Shown: positions 57,856 to 64,000 of the stretch, in pieces
Layout of the letters: each line of letters opens with the position of its first letter
Numbering within the stretch: position 1 is the first letter of the stretch
DNA from: the human T2T-CHM13v2.0 reference genome, Homo sapiens
Length of the DNA: 64,000 nt
Assembly (NCBI RefSeq): GCF_009914755.1
Contig: NC_060948.1
Direction: 5' to 3' (one strand)
Made by a program: the position numbers and the translations under genes
Notes under the pieces: model-generated
What the model was told of the DNA's origin: nothing
The model's input: only the letters and a program-made list of their open reading frames with translations
Database searches by the model: none

Positions 57856-59960
57856 AGATCCATATTTTTTAAATGAAAAAAAATTTCAAAGGTACTCTGC
57901 TTGGTACAATAATCAAATGTATAAACTGAGGAATAAAACATAACCATGAAACCTACTTATAACTGCATATGGAAAATACAGAGGATAATTTTTTAAATAA
58001 CATATTTTGAAAGCCTTAACTAGTAATTTGAAGAGTTGGCATTTGAAAGGCCAGTATGAATATACCTTCAAAGCAGCAACACAGGTTCCCCATGAGAAAA
58101 AGCAAACACAGGGAAAATAAAAACACAAAGGTTCAATCTCTTCTGACCTTTGAAAGACACAGCACAGACAGTGGTCCTTAGGACGAAGAGCAGGAGACCC
58201 CTAACTCCGACACCATGGCGATAGGGCATAAACATTGCTGGGTGAGGGCACAATCCACATTGTGAGGTCCAACTGCTGCCAGGAAGACAGGAGTGCTTTT
58301 ACACAGACCGAAAGGTCATTGAAGGCTCAGAGTTTTGTTTCAAGAACTGAATCCCAAGCCCACACGTTATTAGGCTGCGCTTCTTAAAACAAGTTATGAG
58401 ATGGGAAAAAGGGCACCCACAAACATACGTATACATTATGTATATAATAATATACAGTATCATATATATAATATATATAACCTATGTATAATATTGTTTT
58501 ACATCCTGCATCTTATGTTATATATATTGTATAAAATATAATAATTGATAATATATAAGTTTTATAAATATACAATATGACATATAGTATATATTATAAT
58601 TTATGACATATATAATATATGTTATATGTCATATATAGAATATATTATACGGTTAATATACGTATTAAATATAAATTATACATTATATATATTATATATA
58701 ATATATCTGTTATATATAATACCCATTATGCATAATATATATATTATGTCTATGTTATATATAGTATAAAACAACATATAATAATATATAATTGTATATA
58801 TAAAATGCGACATATAATATATATTATATTTTATAACATATGTAATATATATTATATATTATATATAATACGTTGTATGTAAAATACCTATATTAAATAT
58901 ATATTATATGACTATGTTATTAATTACATGTCACATGTGTTATATATTATATATTTTACATAGAATATACCGGTTACATACAATATATACTATGTTACCT
59001 ATAATGTATAATTTATTACATGTAAAATAAAGAATGCAATATATTATGTATAATTTATAATATACCATATGTGGAATGTGATATATATAACATATAATAT
59101 ATGATATATGATATACAGTATATGATATATATCATACAATATATGATTCCTAATATATATGGTATACAATATATATTTTATGATATGTATTCTATATGTT
59201 TTATATTCTGTTATATATAACTATTTGAAATTATATATAACTGTATAATATTTTATGTAAATATGTAATATAATATATATAACTATATAATATATTATAT
59301 ATAACTATATATTATGTTATATATACTTTTATAACAAAATTTACATAAAATATCATAATATAATATATATTATATTATTTCATATTACATAATATATATT
59401 ACATATCACCCAATATAACTAACATACATAATATTATAATATAGATTATATTATGTTATATTAAATATCATATATATCATGTATCATATATTCTATAATA
59501 TATATTACACATTATATAAAATGTATGTTGTCTATTATGTGATATATATAACTATATATATAATTATATTTTTATACATATAACTAGATAAACATGTAAT
59601 TCTACATATTTTCATTTATAATATGTAGAATTATATAATCATATATAATTATTTATATTCTATAAAAAATTTTATCATTATATAAATTATAATAAATAAA
59701 AATTATAATATGTACTACAAATATATATATTATATATCATATATGCTATAGTACCTTTGTTATATATCATAATACATATAAATGTGTATTATGTTATCTA
59801 TAGTTATATAATTTCATATATAAGATGTATAATATGTATCATATATTATATATGTTATGTAATATATATAGTATATATAAGATGACACAGGATAAATATT
59901 ATATACTATGACATATAAAATATATCAGGTTATATGTTACATATAAGGCATAGCACATAA

Positions 59961-60275
<315 letters not shown>

Positions 60276-62377
60276 AGATCCATATTTTTTAAATGAAAAA
60301 AAATTTCAAAGGTACTCTGCTTGGTACAATAATCAAATGTATAAACTGAGGAATAAAACATAACCATGAAACCTACTTATAACTGCATATGGAAAATACA
60401 GAGGATAATTTTTTAAATAACATATTTTGAAAGCCTTAACTAGTAATTTGAAGAGCTGGCATTTGAAAGGCCAGTATGAATATACCTTCAAAGCAGCAAC
60501 ACAGGTTCCCCATGAGAAAAAGCAAACACAGGGAAAATAAAAACACAAAGGTTCAATCTCTTCTGACCTTTGAAAGACACAGCACAGACAGTGGTCCTTA
60601 GGACGAAGAGCAGGAGACCCCTAATTCCGTCACCATGGCGATAGGGCATAAACATTGCTGGGTGAGGGCACAATCCACATTGTGAGGTCCAACTGCTGCC
60701 AGGAAGACAGGAGTGCTTTTACATAGACCGAAAGGTCATTGAAGGCTCAGAGTTTTGTTTCAAGAACTGAATCCCAAGCCCACACGTTATTAGGCTGCGC
60801 TTCTTAAAACAAGTTATGAGATGGGAAAAAGGGCACCCACAAACATACGTATACATTATGTATATAATAATATACAGTGTCATATATATAATATATATAA
60901 CCTATGTATAATATTGTTTTACATCCTGCATCTTATGTTATATATATTGTATAAAATATAATAATTGATAATATATAAGTTTTATATTTATACAATATGA
61001 CATATAGTATATATTATAATTTATGACATATATAATATATGTTATATATCATATATAGAATATATTATACGGTTAATATACGTATTAAATATAAATTATA
61101 CATTATATATATTATATATAATATATCTGTTATATGTAATACCCGTTATGCATAATATATATATTATGTCTATGTTATATATAGTATAAAACAACATATA
61201 ATAATATATAATTGTATATATAAAATGCGACATATAATATATATATTTTATAACATATGTAATATATATTATATATTATATACAATACGTTGTATGTATA
61301 ATACCTGTATTAAATATATATTATATGACTATGTTATTAATTACATGTCACATGTGTTATATATTATATATTTTACATACAATATACCGGTTACATACAA
61401 TATATACTATGTTACCTATAATGTATAATTTATTACATGTAAAATAAAGAATGCAATATATTATGTATAATTTATAATATACCATATGTGGAATGTGATA
61501 TATATAACATATAATATATGATATATGATATACAGTATATGATATATAACATACAATATATGATTCCTAATATATATGGTATACAATATATATTTTATGA
61601 TATGTATTCTATATGTTTTATATTCTGTTATATATAACTATTTGAAATTATATATAACTGTATAATATTTTATGTAAATATGTAATATAATATATATAAC
61701 TATATAATATATTATATATAACTATATATTATGTTATATATACTTTTATAACATAATTTGCATAAAATATCATAACATAATATATATTATATTATTTCAT
61801 ATTACATAATATATATTACATATCACCCAATATAACTAACATACATAATATTATAATATAGATTATATTGTGTTATATTAAATATCATATATATCATGTA
61901 TCATATATTCTATAATATATATTACACATTATATAATATGTATGTTGTCTATTATGTGATATATATAACTCTATATATAATTATATTTTTATACATATAA
62001 CTAGATAAACATGTAATTCTACATATTTTCATTTATAATATGTAGAATTATATAATCATATATAATTATTTATATTCTATAAAAAATTTTATCATTATAT
62101 AAATTATAATATATAAAAATTATAATATGTACTACAAATATATATATTATATATCATATATGATATAGTACCTTTGTTATATATCATAATACATATAAAT
62201 GTGTATTATGTTATCTATAATTATATAATTTCATATATAAGATATATAATATGTATCATATATTATATATGTTGTGTAATATATATAGTATATATAAGAT
62301 GACACAGGATAAATATTATATACTATGACATATAAAATATATGAGGTTATATGTTACATATAAGGCATAGCACATAA

Positions 62378-62692
<315 letters not shown>

Positions 62693-64000
62693 AGATCCAT
62701 ATTTTTTAAATGAAAAAAAATTTCAAAGGTACTCTGCTTGGTACAATAATCAAATGTATAAACTGAGGAATAAAACATAACCATGAAACCTACTTATAAC
62801 TGCATATGGAAAATACAGAGGATAATTTTTTAAATAACATATTTTGAAAGCCTTAACTAGTAATTTGAAGAGTTGGCATTTGAAAGGCCAGTATGAATAT
62901 ACCTTCAAAGCAGCAACACAGGTTCCCCATGAGAAAAAGCAAACACAGGGAAAATAAAAACACAAAGGTTCAATCTCTTCTGACCTTTGAAAGACACAGC
63001 ACAGACAGTGGTCCTTAGGACGAAGAGCAGGAGACCCCTAATTCCGTCACCATGGCGATAGGGCATAAACATTGCTGGGTGAGGGCACAATCCACATTGT
63101 GAGGTCCAACTGCTGCCAGGAAGACAGGAGTGCTTTTACATAGACCGAAAGGTCATTGAAGGCTCAGAGTTTTGTTTCAAGAACTGAATCCCAAGCCCAC
63201 ACGTTATTAGGCTGCGCTTCTTAAAACAAGATATGAGATGGGAAAAAGGGCACCCACAAACATACGTATACATTATGTATATAATAATATACAGTATCAT
63301 ATATATAATATATATAACCTATGTATAATATTGTTTTACATCCTGCATCTTATGTTATATATATTGTATAAAATATAATAATTGATAATATATAAGTTTT
63401 ATAAGTATACAATATGACATATAGTATATATTATAATTTATGACATATATAATATATGTTATATGTCATATATAGAATATATTATACGGTTAATATACGT
63501 ATTAAATATAAATTATACATTATATATATTATATATAATATATCTGTTATATATAATACCCATTATGCATAATATATATATTATGTCTATGTTATATATA
63601 GTATAAAACAACATATAATAATATATAATTGTATATATAAAATGCGACATATAATATATATTATATTTTATAACATATTTAATATATATTATATATTATA
63701 TATAATACGTTGTATGTAAAATACCTATATTAAATATATATTATATGACTATGTTATTAATTACATGTCACATGTGTTATATATTGTATATTTTACATAG
63801 AATATACCGGTTACATACAATATATACTTTGTTACCTATAATGTATAATTTATTACATGTAAAATAAAGAATGCAATATATTATGTATAATTTATAATAT
63901 ACCATATGTGGAATGTGATATATATATCATATAATATATGATATATGATATACAGTATATGATATATAACATGCAATATATGATTCCTAATATATATGGT

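Overview
The whole 64 kb is one uninterrupted head-to-tail tandem array of a ~2.42-kb unit: 26 complete copies plus a partial 27th, with unit lengths of 2413-2421 bp. Unit starts, anchored on TGAATATAC, are 1, 2421, 4834, 7253, 9673, 12092, 14512, 16932, 19352, 21772, 24192, 26606, 29025, 31445, 33864, 36285, 38704, 41125, 43545, 45962, 48380, 50800, 53217, 55637, 58057, 60477 and 62894 (U1-U27). Each unit has ~1.55 kb of extremely AT-rich low-complexity DNA, a diverged, slightly 5'-truncated Alu on the minus strand (~290 bp), and a ~570-bp moderately GC-richer HSATI-like segment. The architecture, unit size and predicted ~2.15-kb HaeIII fragment match the human DYZ2/HSat1B composite satellite, most likely from Yq12 heterochromatin. 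I see no credible protein-coding or RNA gene; the listed ORFs are short by-products of the repeat. I do not find an undescribed biological system here. What deserves a second look is the array's internal evolution: local 2-, 3- and 4-unit duplications, chimeric units, a divergent sub-family, a mutation cluster, and fossil sub-structure inside the monomer.
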